64,000 nucleotides of DNA. It comes from Eledone cirrhosa. Lineage: Eukaryota. Numbering within the stretch: the first letter of the stretch is position 1; every line of letters starts with the position of its first letter. A program made the translations under genes and the position numbers. Below are positions 13,824 to 28,402 of this stretch, one piece after another. Location of the stretch: NCBI GenBank assembly GCA_964016885.1, contig CAXHJY010000565.1:124634-188633 (forward strand). The letters run 5' to 3'. Under the pieces are notes generated by a model that did not search any database, was not told the DNA's origin, and saw only the letters and a list, made by a program, of their open reading frames with translations.

Positions 13824-14560
13824 GTGAAAAAGGAAGAAGGGAGCACCCTCTCTTTGTGCTCCCGTGGAGAAGGGTCGCACATTTTTTTCGGGGGTGTGTG
13901 TGACCCCAAAACGACCCCTCCCTATTGAGGACCTTCTTGTTACAATTTTATTTATTATATTTTTCTTATTCGATTTATATGTAACCCCCTCCCCCATGTA
14001 CATGTCCCTTTCTTTTGTGCCCTCGTGGCAAATAAACAGAAATTTGTCTGTCTGTCTGTCTATCTATCCCTCTATCTAACTACCTATCTAGAAATATATC
14101 TATCTATCTATCTATCTGTCTGTCTATCTATATGTCTGTCTGCCTGTCCGTTTCTCCCTATCTATTTACCTGCCTGTCTCCTATTTAATCCGTCTTCCGG
14201 TTTAACGCCACCTCCACCTCTAAACATTAGCTGTCTTTAACAAAGTCCACTCTTATTTCAAACATTCGGACCGGGTTTACAGCATGAGGAAACTTTTCTC
14301 CTGCTCCTCCTCCTTCTCTTCTACTCTCCAGCCTCGAAGTCCCTGAAAAGGGTCACGGGCACTGCCCCTCTCCCCACGCCCGAATAAACAGTAAAAAAAA
14401 AAAAGAAATGCAATTTGAAACGTATAATTGTAAATATCGAGAGTGTAGTGAGTGGAAACAGAAACAATATAAATTATAATAGGAGTCCTTGATAACAGTA
14501 AATCACGTGGGTTTCATAGACTCCCCTGGGTACCTCCAGATTAACAATGTACAGACTTAT

Positions 14561-14586
14561 TCTATATATCTAAAACAGAGAATGCC

Positions 14587-14627
<41 letters not shown>

Positions 14628-15292
14628 GCATGTCTGTCTGCATATCTGTCTGTCTGTCTTACTCCCTAAAACTCGAGAGCCACCCAACCGACTTTTTTCA
14701 AACTTTACACATGTAATACTTATGGTCCTGTGAGTGTTTTGAGCAAAAAATATTTCAAATTTTCAATGCCCTAGGGACCGCATTAGGCGATTTAGCGATC
14801 TCTTTCTGTAATTCTTAGTCTTTCTTTTTAGATAGATACATAGATATAACGTTCACCCTTATAATATCTGTCTGTATGTCTGACTGTCTGCATTACGACA
14901 TTATGACGTTATATGAATGTGTATATATGTATATATAGTGTGTGTATATATATCATTTTTATTTTCATTTGGATTAAAACATATAACATTTTAACTAAAA
15001 TATTCTACTATATAGTGTGTAACGTTTTTCGAAATATTTACTTCAGCGTTCACAGATTGATTTTTTTAGTTTCAGATCCCGTTAAGGGTGAAAGCATGTT
15101 ATTTTAATATATACATATATATTGTTATACTTGGGGAGGGTCATATTTGTGTAATATTGCCAGAATTAATAACAGAACACACTCACTGTTTGGTTGGTTT
15201 TCGCTTCTGTGTCTTTTATATCGGTAATCTAATTTATTCGGTCCTCAATGTTGCCATTGACTGACACGATTTCATATAAAAAAACCTCGCAA

Positions 15293-15326
<34 letters not shown>

Positions 15327-15465
15327 GTGTACAGATATTTTTGCATAAACAATAACAAAATATAAAGAAATGTAATTATTTCACGAGGCTCAATAAGGAT
15401 AAATATATATCAAATATATAAGAACCCTAGAGCAAATCCCGAGCAACGCCGAGCCATTCTACTAG
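14561..15465 (+). mobile_element. Non-autonomous Helitron, apparently chimeric
   Basis: Starts TC with the 5' block of the 6306-7224 family (ccctaaaactcgaga..., gcgatttagcgatctc); ends with hairpin cccgagcaacgccgag and CTAG^T as at 5633. Confidence 0.65.
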
Positions 15466-15894
15466 TAACTTGCTAAATCCTACATAATGCCGTAACGTAG
15501 TCCAATCCCACGGCTAGCCTCCATTTTAACACTTGATTATCATTGTGCGTTGTTGTTGCTGTTGTTATTGCTGTTATTATTATTATTGTTGTTGTTGCTG
15601 TTGTTGTTTAATTGTGTGTGTTTGATTGTTTGTTTTTTTTTGTTGTTGTTGATGTTGTTTTGTGTGTTCACTTATTTTGTTGTATTTGATCGCTTATGTT
15701 GTATGTTTTATCGCATGTTATATTGTCGTTGTTGTATTTGATCATTTGTGTTTGATCACTTGTTGTTGTGTTAGATTTCAGTCATAACATCACTTTTTCA
15801 TAGTCAACCTATGAATTTTTTAGCTGACTCTCGTATTCTATAATAAATGCTAATTTCTGTGCGTATGTCGACATTGCTTTCTGATTTCTTCAAA

Positions 15895-15922
15895 TATATA
15901 TATATATAAAACTGAGGATGTC

Positions 15923-15996
<74 letters not shown>

Positions 15997-16787
15997 TTTG
16001 AATCCCTAAAACTCGAGAACCACCCAACCGACTATTTTCAAACTTTACACATGTAATACTTATGTTTCAGGGAGTGTTCTGAGCAAAAACAATTTCAAAT
16101 TGTCAATGCCCTAGGGCCCGCATTAGGCGATTTAGCGATCTCTCTCTATAATTCTTAGTCTTTCTCTTTTTACATAGATACATACATATAACGTCGCGCC
16201 TTTATAATATCTGTCTGTATGTCTGGCTGTCTGCATTACGTCACTTCCCTGAGGATATCTGTCTATGTGTGTGTATCTGTGAGTTTGAATCCCTAAAACT
16301 CGAGAAGTACCCAACCGATTTCTTTCAAACTTTACATGTGTATTACTTATGTTTCAGAGTCTTTAAGGTTTTTAGGCGTTACGTCTGACCGATTTCCTTG
16401 AAATTGTGACTACGTATTAGTCAGTCTCTTCTTCATACCGTGAGCAAAAAAAATCATACTTTTTTATGGCCTAGGGCCCGCATTAGGTAAAAAACTTTCA
16501 GCTTTTTAGGTTTTTTTGGAGGCGTTACGTCTAGCCGATTTTCCAGAAATTTCAAAGCATATTATGCACATAAAAAAATTCGTTTTCTTGATCACCTAGG
16601 GCCCGCATTAGGTGAAAACTTGCATTTTTCCTGCTTCATCGACGAAAATCTTAAAGATTATCCAGCCATCAGAGTATTCGGTTTATTTTCTTTACATATT
16701 GTCCAGGCATGCAGTTTTTCCACGATTAGGTCTGTTGGCGGCCCGCGTTCCAAAATACCTTCTCCCGTGCAACGCCGGGTACCACTG

Positions 16788-16791
<4 letters not shown>
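15895..16791 (+). mobile_element. Non-autonomous Helitron (same family as 6306-7224)
   Basis: Colinear reverse complement of 6306-7224 with an expanded (GT)n; 3' hairpin cccgtgcaacgccggg and CTAA. Confidence 0.85.
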
Positions 16792-16848
<57 letters not shown>

Positions 16849-17946
16849 TAGGTAGTACGATGAAATACTGGTGTTGGTACCATAACTCCTAGGGTTCACC
16901 TTGAGCCAATTCTCTGCGAAACGCGCGTAACAGGTCGATACGCAATAAATATTTTTCAAATGTAAACAAAACTTCCGCGTTTTATATAAATATAATATAT
17001 ATATATAAATGAAGAATTAGAAATAGAAGCCAGGAATATCCGTCATCAGTGGTCTAATAGCCATCATAGGTATTTCTTCGCATTACAGACCATATACCTC
17101 AAGCTAGGACGATACAATAACTAAATTGAGTTATTGGGATAAAAAGAGTTGGGTGGGGAAAGACAGATAGGTAAACAAACACAAATGGTGAGGCAACGTA
17201 AAGAGAGGAAAAAATGAGAAAATCAAGTCAATAATTCATTTTGAACATCAGAACGTGCGAATATTGACGAGAAGGCAAATACACATCTTGGCCGTACCAA
17301 TGTGAGCTAGGAAAGAATCTCGTACGGTGTGGGACGATGGAGGAAGTAAGAGAGGGGGTGAGTAGCAGAAAGTGAGTGAGTGAATGTGTGAGGAAGAGGC
17401 TAGCCGCGAGAGGGTGACTAGCAGAGGGGGTGAGTGAAATAGAGAAGGAGAAGGAGAGAGAAGGAGGAGAGAGATAGAGGATAGCAGTAAGGGAAGATAT
17501 ATATATTGTGTTTAATTATCAAAGTAAATAAACCGCCAAATCAAATATGACTCTGACAGTTTTTTTTATCGTATTCTCGTCCCAATAAAAAATCTTGCGT
17601 TCAAATCATTCGCTACAATGTGTGTACCTAGTATAGGGTATCCGATAGTCAACAAAGAATATCTTTTTCTAAAATCGATACAGGTTCGAATATTATCGAA
17701 GCTATTGTGCGGCGCAGCTTAAAGCTGTGTCATACCTGTTTTTATTACTGGTTATAAACTGGTCCTGGCAAGAATTCCAGAGATACGGACTTTGATTCTC
17801 CGTAGTGGCAGCTAGCTACTTTATTCTGTCTCTAAGAGTATTTTACCTAATCAACTGTTGCTACGGTTATTTTCTGTGTTTACTTTCCCACATTTCAAAT
17901 TTTAAATCATCCAAGCGCCTCGATAAATCATATATATATATGATGC

Positions 17947-18013
<67 letters not shown>

Positions 18014-18081
18014 CAAGGTCTAGCAAATAGAGAAAAAGTTTTAAAATAAATTTTTAAAAATTCGCTGTACTTACTATATGT

Positions 18082-18163
18082 GCCTTTACCGCGGTTTCAA
18101 GTTCCAGAATAAACAGATAATCCAAGCGGACTTCTATTGAGAAGGGAACCATCTTCAGAAGGC
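18082..18163 (-). ncRNA. Type I hammerhead ribozyme
   Basis: Minus strand: gcctt CTGAAGA tggttcc...ggaactt GAAA ccgcgg TA aaggc; helix III palindrome ACCGCGGT. Confidence 0.8.
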
Positions 18164-18250
18164 TCTTCTCACTCGGAGAATATAAAATTCCCGAGTTCAA
18201 ATCACAAACTGACGCCATACAAAATCATTCCCAGATGAGGTATGCATACT

Positions 18251-18281
<31 letters not shown>

Positions 18282-18288
18282 ATATATG

Positions 18289-18457
<169 letters not shown>

Positions 18458-18479
18458 GTGTGTCTGTGTGTGCATATAT

Positions 18480-18970
18480 ATATAATTGAATATAAAAGAG
18501 AGATAAATGCAGATATAAACATATGTGTTCAAATCGTAACGTACCAGATTCGCTAGGGTGAAAAAAAAATACTATTAACAATAGGGTTTGCCAGACTCAA
18601 TTTAAAACAATAAATCAAGAAAAGAAATGCAAACCGATATTGGGCAAAACACCCAGACACCTTTGGTAGATTGTTTCGCAATTTTAGCGAAAGGAATTAC
18701 CAATTCTTTGCTCATCAGTGGGTGTAAAATTAGTAAGCCCTTCACTTCTAAGTATCTCAGAAGACTGAATAGTGTTCGAATATAAAATAACGCAATGGCA
18801 TCAGACCCTAGCGTGTGTCATAAACACACTACTATGAATAGCAGCCAAGTTTATAGGCCATTTAAATTAGCATACAAAATTGATAGAGCCGACTATATCA
18901 AAGGTCCCTTACGAATTGAACACATATATATTTATATCTGTGTTAATCTCTCTTTTATATTCAATTATAT
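18480..18970. mobile_element. HHR-carrying element with ~65-bp inverted ends
   Basis: 18480-18545 is an imperfect reverse complement of 18903-18970. Confidence 0.65.
18649..18725 (-). ncRNA. Type I hammerhead ribozyme
   Basis: Minus strand: acaccca CTGATGA gcaa...ttgc GAAA ca...tg TC tgggtgt; perfect 7-bp helix I. Confidence 0.75.
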
Positions 18971-19096
18971 TACACGGTTCAGAAAAACCTCTTTCTTTGT
19001 GCTATTTAATTGTAAGAGACTTTTTTGAGTTTCTAACTCAATATATACCTTTGATATATACATACATATACATTTATATATACATACATATACATT

Positions 19097-19153
<57 letters not shown>

Positions 19154-19158
<5 letters not shown>

Positions 19159-19472
19159 TGTATGTATAGTATATTTGGCAATATACCGTATGTTTAATTT
19201 AAAACATTTTAAAGACCTTGCGCTATCATTTTTAAAGTAGTGCTTTATTCGGCAAAAGAAGAGAGAGAACCTGACAGATTCTGTTTCACGCTGTTGGCGA
19301 TCCTCAGAGAATTGCCGAAAATTATAGAGGTTGGATTCTTATAGAATCCCAGTAATAATCAGAAGCTGATTATACAGAGCGATTGCCGGTCCAGCAAAAG
19401 TTAAAAATTAGGATTGGTGCTCTGAAATAGCGATGTATACATGAATGTATGTATAGTATATTTGGCAATATA
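19154..19472 (-). mobile_element. Retrozyme-like monomer (~287-bp unit plus terminal redundancy), diverged relative of the 310-bp array
   Basis: Direct repeat atgaatgtatgtatagtatatttggcaatata at both ends; shares ttgccggtcc, tgctctgaaatagcgat and aaacatttt.aagacct blocks with the 310-bp unit. Confidence 0.75.
19248..19319 (-). ncRNA. Type I hammerhead ribozyme
   Basis: Minus strand: ttcggcaattct CTGAGGA tcgc caaca gcgt GAAA cagaatctg TC aggtt...ttgccgaa. Confidence 0.75.
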
Positions 19473-19779
19473 TAGTATATTTGTACACAGATTCAACATG
19501 GTTCCTTGTTCCCTCCCCTTCTCTCTCTCCTTCTCTCTCTCTCACCCTTTCTCTCTTTCTCTCTTTCTCTCTCTCTCACTCTCTCTCTCTTCTTTTTCTT
19601 CTTTTTGATACGTTCAGAATCCATTTGGTTAGTCGTGTGTACATTGTTGTCATCTTAGTCATATATGTTCATGAACTGGCTTCTGATCTCCCGGTCACAG
19701 TACTGACTAGTTTGCAATATAGTTGATGTTTGAAATGTTCCGCTGTTATCTTGCATGTTATTCTATTTGTTTGATTAAA

Positions 19780-19810
<31 letters not shown>

Positions 19811-19928
19811 GTGTTGCTGGTGGTGGTGGTGGTGAGTGTACGTATGTGGGCATGTCTGAGTACATGTATATGTGAGTGCTTATCTGTATGTATGTGTGTG
19901 TGTATGTGTGTGTGTGTGTATATATATA

Positions 19929-19959
<31 letters not shown>

Positions 19960-19989
19960 CTGTGTGTGTGTCTGTGTGTGTGGGGGGGG

Positions 19990-20106
<117 letters not shown>

Positions 20107-20824
20107 TTTGTTTGTTTGTTTGTTTTTATACACTTAGTGCATGTTTAATTCGTGATATAATTTCAAAGTGATTAAGTTACGTTTTTTGCATGTTTGACTC
20201 TGTCGCGGGAATTAATAAATGAAACCAGTAATAAAATCTATATTTTCTGTCGTTTTGTTTGTCTTCTTAGATTTATATTTCTTATGACAACCGATTTCTT
20301 CTGGTGCTGGTAAAGCTCTGAAATATTGATTAGTGAACGCGATGCTCCGTTACGGCCTTCTATGTTAAAGTTTAAACATACTAAATATCACATAAAAGAA
20401 ATGAGTTCCTTGAAGCATCACATACTTTGGATTCATTAACAGTTTGTGCTTGTACTACCCTCTACACCCAAATGACCCTTTCTATGTTGGATTTCTGTTA
20501 AATACTTCAGAACTATATTCCTTTGAAACTTATATTACTCTCCATATCATAATCCTTTGAAATAATAAATAGCTTTATATAATTTTCTATTAACGCCTCT
20601 TATTTATTCTTAAGTCTAGGTTTGAAAAGGCTCTGACCAGTACCTCGGCACCTCAGTCTAATGAACAGTAAATTATGTAAGTTGTATGCACCCTATATTT
20701 TTATGCACCCGATATTTGTTGGTTTTTATTTAGGCAGTAATTTAAAAAATTAAAATAAAATACCACAGCTCCGTACATTGCAGGCTTGTAGATTTTTTGT
20801 TGAATAACTGTTGTTGCGTATAAG

Positions 20825-20999
20825 ATAAATCCGGCTATCGGGCGACTCTATTGAGATCACCCCGACGGTTCCTTTTAGTCGGGAAGGCGGGCAGTTATCA
20901 CTTGTCTAGTGGCTATCGTGAGAGCGATTTTGTAGTGGACGAGACTGAAATGATTAAAGACACATACATTCTTCTTCGGTCAAGCACACATCGACGTCT
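20825..20999 (+). CDS. Candidate internal exon of an unknown host gene
   Basis: AG..GTAAGT-bounded open frame KSGYRATLLRSPRRFLLVGKAGSYHLSSGYRESDFVVDETEMIKDTYILLRSSTHRR in non-repeat DNA; phase fits the exon at 22561. No recognised homology. Confidence 0.4.
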
Positions 21000-21454
21000 G
21001 TAAGTTCCACTTGAAGTGTAAGACGTGTGTGAAAAGGAAAGTACTTCACCCCATCCCCTCCTTCAGTATATTGTTTAAAAGGTGAATGAGTGTAGCCAGA
21101 ATAAACCCGAGTGAATGAGCCTACTCCAAGTATGCACCTGTATGCTGAAAAATTGGAAAAACTGAAGAGGAGCCGTTGTAGATCAGGGTGAGTCAAGTTA
21201 CAAGCACTGGATGTTACATGATTGGCCGTAGATAACTGTGCCCCTTACTAAGAACTTTTTATTTGGTTCTATTTTATGCTATTCTTAGTTATTTTTTACC
21301 TGACTACATGTAACCGTCTACCACCCCACTGTGCTTTGTATCTTGTTATTGTTCCGTCTTAATCATTTTATGGGATTGTGGCAGTCTTTGTATTTCCCCA
21401 ATGTATTTAGCCCTTGTGACCAATAAAAGAAATCATTACAATTATAGTCATCAG

Positions 21455-21890
21455 AGTGGTGGATTGGCAGAATAGAATACGGCCCTTTACGGTCTGAGTT
21501 CAAATCTCGCCGAGGTCAACTTTGCCTTTCATCCTTACGAGGTCGATAAAATTAAGTACCAGTCATGCACTGGGATCGATTTAATCGACTTTCTCCTCCC
21601 CAAAATTGTTGGCCTTGCGCCTAAATCAGAATCCATTATCATCATCATCGTCATCATCATCATCATTAGTAGTATTATCATTAGGAAGACGGATTGGCAG
21701 CATGGAACAAAATGCTTTGCGGTATTTAGTTACAACTTTCTACGTTCAAATCCCACCAAGGTTAACTTTGCCTTTCATCACCTCCGGGGTTAATAAAATA
21801 AAGTATTAGTAACGTACTGGGGTCGATTTGATCGACTTTTCCCTCTTCCCTTCAAATTGCTGGCCTTGTGCCAAAAGTAAAAACAATTAT
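21455..21890 (+). mobile_element. Two tandem tRNA-derived SINE copies
   Basis: gagttcaaatctcgccgaggtcaactttgcctttcatcc...gtcgataaaattaagtaccagt at 21496 and a second copy at ~21743; short (ATC/ATT)n tails. Confidence 0.75.
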
Positions 21891-22133
21891 TATTACAACT
21901 ATCATATTATGCCAACAACGGATATCATTTTTCATAACTTTAACTCTAAATCATCTACAACAAGCAAAACAGCTATTATATTGCTGTCGTTTTTCTTCAT
22001 TTTTCTACATAGACGATGACCCCACCACCACCACAACCACCACCACCATCAACCCCGGTCCTATACCCCTTAAGCTGTATTCTACTACTATTACTACTAT
22101 ACCTACTACACCCCATATCATCATAAACACGCA

Positions 22134-22260
<127 letters not shown>

Positions 22261-22560
22261 CCTCACTTCTCCCCTCCACTTGTTTTGACGTGACATTACA
22301 TTTGCTTTCATGGGATATTCTGGGTCTCCTCTGAAGATTGTTTTGATGTCTTCAGGGAATTTTTTTTTTTTTTGTATTCTTTTTGTTTCTTTAATTCATC
22401 TTTAGTACAACTAAACTTTCCTTCGAAAGATGTTTACATCATATGCATGACTGGTATTTTACAAGGTCACATCACACAACCTACTGTTTCATTGTTGTTG
22501 TTTTCTTCTGTTTACATTATTTTACCTACAATTACTTTCTGAATGAGGGTCGTTTGACAG

Positions 22561-22642
22561 AGGAGAACCAATTGACTTCTTTCTACATAACGGGAAAGGA
22601 AGAGATAAAATACTTGTTTATCGCACAAGCACAGACTTGTGA
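22561..22642 (+). CDS. Candidate terminal coding exon of an unknown host gene
   Basis: tttgacag acceptor, then (ct)a GEPIDFFLHNGKGRDKILVYRTSTDL-TGA, in phase with the 20825-20999 exon. Confidence 0.35.
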
Positions 22643-22825
22643 ATGGCCAACCGTGTAAGATGTTGTATCAACACACTTGAACAAGGAGCTTGCCCTTCCT
22701 ATCCAATGACCAATGACCGGCATTGCGTTCTTCGATCCAACCCATCTAAAGAGTTGCAGGTTATGAGGGTAGGGTTATTTATAGAGGCAGCCGGAGCACG
22801 TTTGTAGTTGATCTTCTTCTTAGAT

Positions 22826-22956
22826 TTGAAATCCCGCCAAACTCGACATTGCCTTCCGGGGTCAATACAATATCGAACCAGTCAACTATTGGGGTCAATT
22901 TAACTTAATCTTTCCCTTCCCCACAAATTGCTGTCCTTGTGTCTGAAGTAGAAATC
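22826..22956 (+). mobile_element. Degenerate SINE copy
   Basis: tttgaaatcccgcc...ttgccttccggggtcaata...ttgtgtctgaagtagaaatc matches the other SINE copies. Confidence 0.55.
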
Positions 22957-23093
22957 ATTATTACTATTTTTCGTCTTCTACTCTTCCCCCTGCTCCTGCT
23001 CCTCCTTTAGCCACAGGTCAACTTCGATTGAGAAGACCTGTGACCTAATACAATCAAGCCGTGTCCCTCCGTTCTTATTCTCTTATTCTAGAC

Positions 23094-23385
23094 CAGGCAT
23101 GGGCAGCCTTTTTCGAAAGACTGGCCGCAAGATATATGACTCATCGTCAGGCGGCCCGCAAGCGCTGATTTACATTCGTGCCCACATTTAAAGAAAAGGG
23201 CAATAACTCAGGTTGTTTTGATTTGTTTCTTCAGAATCCGTACACGTTGTTTTCCTAGATCGTAAAAATGCTAGAAAGATAAATTACAACTGAAATGTTG
23301 GGGTAAAAAAATTAGGAAGCTTTCACTTAGGTGACTGAGGCGAGCCATTGAGAAAGCTTCGCGGGCCGCAGGTTGCTCATGTCTG
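23094..23385. mobile_element. hAT (Charlie-like) MITE
   Basis: TIRs caggcatgggcagcct / aggttgctcatgtctg; perfect 8-bp TSD TTCTAGAC at 23086-23093 and 23386-23393. Confidence 0.9.
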
Positions 23386-23469
23386 TTCTAGACCTACATT
23401 AGTGGTCAAACCAGCGGCTAGCATGCCACATGTTGGATTATGTTGGATGAGCTCGTTATATATTTGCAG

Positions 23470-23551
<82 letters not shown>

Positions 23552-23552
<1 letters not shown>

Positions 23553-24072
23553 GGGATAACAAATTATTGTTATAGGTAGTCCACTTAGGTGTAGTCCAGT
23601 TAGGGTACTCCGAGTAGTGGATAGTATTAACGCTTGGCTAAGTTTGACTCAACAAGACATTTCCATAGTGATGTTCCAAGTACGCAGTGATTTCTATGTA
23701 GTTTACACTTGGAGTAATGGTAAATCAAGAAAGAATAGTGACACGGTTTGCTATACAATAAGGGCTTTAATCACATTGCTGACAATTGTTTCTCTGAACT
23801 GGTAGGAATAGAGATCGCTACCCACCTGTTTTTGCGTCAATCGATCACCAATACTTTGTTATAACCTTCTGCTATAACATTCTCGCATGCTCTGAAGAAT
23901 AGTCTGGTTATAACAAAGTATTGGTGATCGATTGACGCAAAAACAGGTGGGTAGCGATCTCTAGACCTACCAGTTCAGAGAAACAATTGTCAGCAATGTG
24001 ATTAAAGCCCTTATTGTATACCATGTCATGTCACAACAAAGCACTTATTGTAAACCATATCACTTTTCTTTC

Positions 24073-24080
<8 letters not shown>
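23552..24080. mobile_element. Foldback insertion in (TA)n with a ~115-bp near-perfect inverted repeat
   Basis: 23753-23866 is the reverse complement of 23906-24020 with a ~39-bp spacer; TA tracts on both sides. Confidence 0.8.
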
Positions 24081-24109
<29 letters not shown>

Positions 24110-24240
24110 GTGAGGTTTTTTTTACAAAATGAAAAATAACCGAGGTGTCCTACACGAGTGAAAGTATAAAGAAAAAGAGATGAAATCGAAAATGCAACTG
24201 GAGTCTTATTTTTTTTTTAAATATATATATTTATTTGGTT

Positions 24241-24278
24241 CCTTTACCGGTTTCGCAGTTCTTCTGCTTTTCAAAAGG
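24241..24278 (-). ncRNA. Minimal type I hammerhead with a U3-A8 variant core
   Basis: Minus strand: cctt TTGAAAA gcag aagaa ctgc GAAA ccgg TA aagg; palindromic helix III ACCGGT. Copies at 27144, 29974 and 30080. Confidence 0.75.
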
Positions 24279-24722
24279 TGAGTTGAGATGGAGGGTCTGT
24301 GGTTTTTCTCACATCTGGTTGGTCTCTAAATGTTACTTGTTTTATATGGAAAAAGTGGCTCGAAATGCCAGGTTTTTCGAGAAGTAATTTGATTGGTTTG
24401 TCAATAATTATAATAAATTTCGAGCCAGTTCGCGTTACAATAGTTCTTCAAATAAGAGGGGGGGGTTGTCACAGGTTGTTTTTTCATATATGAGTGTTTG
24501 AATTTCTTTTTACTTGAAAAAAGGAGGCTCACGAAGGCTTTTTTTTTTGGTTGGTTATAAATGAAATTTGGCTGTCACGTGAACAAGTTTTCATTACATT
24601 TTTGCGCCCTTATTTGGAAAACTATTCTGTAGTCTTTATAGTGAATGTTATGACAATGGAGAGATAGTGGTCAAGAGAAAAGGGATTGGGAGAAATGTTC
24701 TGGTTCAGTGAATATGGTCAGC

Positions 24723-24935
24723 TCGGGGACTGCGATGGGTACAAAAGCCGCTCCAACTTATGCCAACTTAGTCATGGCATACTTAGAAGTCCAGATATAT
24801 GAACAGTCCAAATCAAAATACGGATTGAACTTCCACAAATATTTATCAGAGAATTGGAAACGCTACTTGGATGATTGCCTCATTCTTTGGTCCCACACAC
24901 TCGACCAACTGAAGGATTTCAAAAACAATATATAA
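24723..24935 (+). pseudogene. Penelope-like RT fragment (motifs B-C), a different family from the 57-64 kb PLEs
   Basis: GTAMGTKAAPTYANLVMAYLE...[12 protein letters not shown]. Confidence 0.8.
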
Positions 24936-24965
24936 CAGTTTTAACAACAATTTTAAATAGAACAT

Positions 24966-25847
<882 letters not shown>

Positions 25848-26664
25848 GTGGGAAATGAAATATCGTTTCATTTTTTCCGTTTATCGTTTTCGGTGCACCC
25901 GGCCGATTAACCCACTCGATATGCAAATTGGGCTACTCAGCCGTTAATATGCATAAGGTAAGTATATACGTTCAACAATCTGGCAGGAAGGTATACGTTG
26001 CTGACGATAGCTAACAAGCTTGAAACTAGTACAGCGTTCCTTTGTCAGTGTTGAACAAACGAGCAACGGTGGTTGCTAGACACTACGGCTTAATACGGGA
26101 TGTTTGTTTACAAACACACCGAGCATTATAATAAATGTTCGGTGAATCCATGCGTGCATATATATATGTGTGCATGTATGTATATATGTATATGCATACT
26201 ACTGTACGTCGGTATACATATATGTATGTACGTGTACATACTTATATTTAAGTAACAGCCGTACTAAGAGTGGGAAATGAAATATCGTTTCATTTTTTCC
26301 GTCTATCGTTTTCGGTGCACCCTGCCGATTAACCCACTCGATATGCAAATTGGGTTATTCAGCCGTTAATATGCATAAGGTAAGTATATACGTTCAACAA
26401 TCTGGCAGGAAAGTATACGTTGCTGACGATAGCTAACAAGCTTGAAATTAGTACAGCGTTCCTTTGTCAGTGTTGAACAAACGAGCAACGGTGGTTGCTA
26501 GACACTACGGCTTAATACGGGATGTTTGTTTACAAACACACCGAGCATTATAATAAATGTTCGGTGAATCCATACGTGCATATATATATGTGTGCATGTA
26601 TGTATATATGTATATGCATACTACTGTACGTCGGTATACATATATGTATGTACGTGTACATACT

Positions 26665-26668
<4 letters not shown>
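25848..26668 (+). mobile_element. Retrozyme-like tandem dimer, 422-bp unit, one HHR per unit
   Basis: agtgggaaatgaaatatcg repeats at ~25848 and ~26269; between (TA)n tracts; distantly similar to the 466-bp unit. Confidence 0.85.
25995..26037 (+). ncRNA. Type I hammerhead ribozyme (second copy at 26417-26459)
   Basis: acgttg CTGACGA t agct aaca agct t GAAA cta GTA cagcgt; palindromic ACTAGT. Confidence 0.85.
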
Positions 26669-26744
<76 letters not shown>

Positions 26745-26747
26745 AAT

Positions 26748-28161
<1,414 letters not shown>

Positions 28162-28168
28162 TATATAA

Positions 28169-28233
<65 letters not shown>

Positions 28234-28281
28234 TATATAAATATATATATATATATAAGTATATAAATATATATATATAAG

Positions 28282-28313
<32 letters not shown>

Positions 28314-28355
28314 AGTATATATATATATAAGTATATAAGTATATATATATATAAG

Positions 28356-28401
<46 letters not shown>

Positions 28402-28402
28402 T

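Larger units (their letters stand above)
8451..14043 (+). mobile_element. Full-length but degenerate Tx1/L1-clade non-LTR retrotransposon
   Basis: 5' UTR, ORF1 with a CCHC knuckle, ORF2 with APE, RT and zinc finger, 3' UTR ending gtggcaaataaacagaaat; embedded in (TCTG/TCTA)n. Confidence 0.92.
24103..24965. mobile_element. Rearranged PLE remnant: inverted 3' end (minus) joined to an RT fragment (plus)
   Basis: HHR-bearing repeat at 24103-24316 on minus; PLE RT motifs at ~24723-24935 on plus; (TA)n on both sides. Confidence 0.7.

Noticed and set aside
15068-15108. HHR-like 3' half (ccc-gttaa-ggg-t-GAAA-gcatgt-TA); similar relics at 43721-43780 and 45355-45370
   Set aside because: The CUGANGA core is absent or destroyed; counted only as possible relics.
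21150-21435. Possible old Tx1-like 3' UTR ending gcccttgtgaccaataaaagaaat
   Set aside because: Only the terminal motif resembles the other copies; too diverged to delimit.
21455-21530. tRNA gene
   Set aside because: The B-box-like motif belongs to a SINE head; no cloverleaf.
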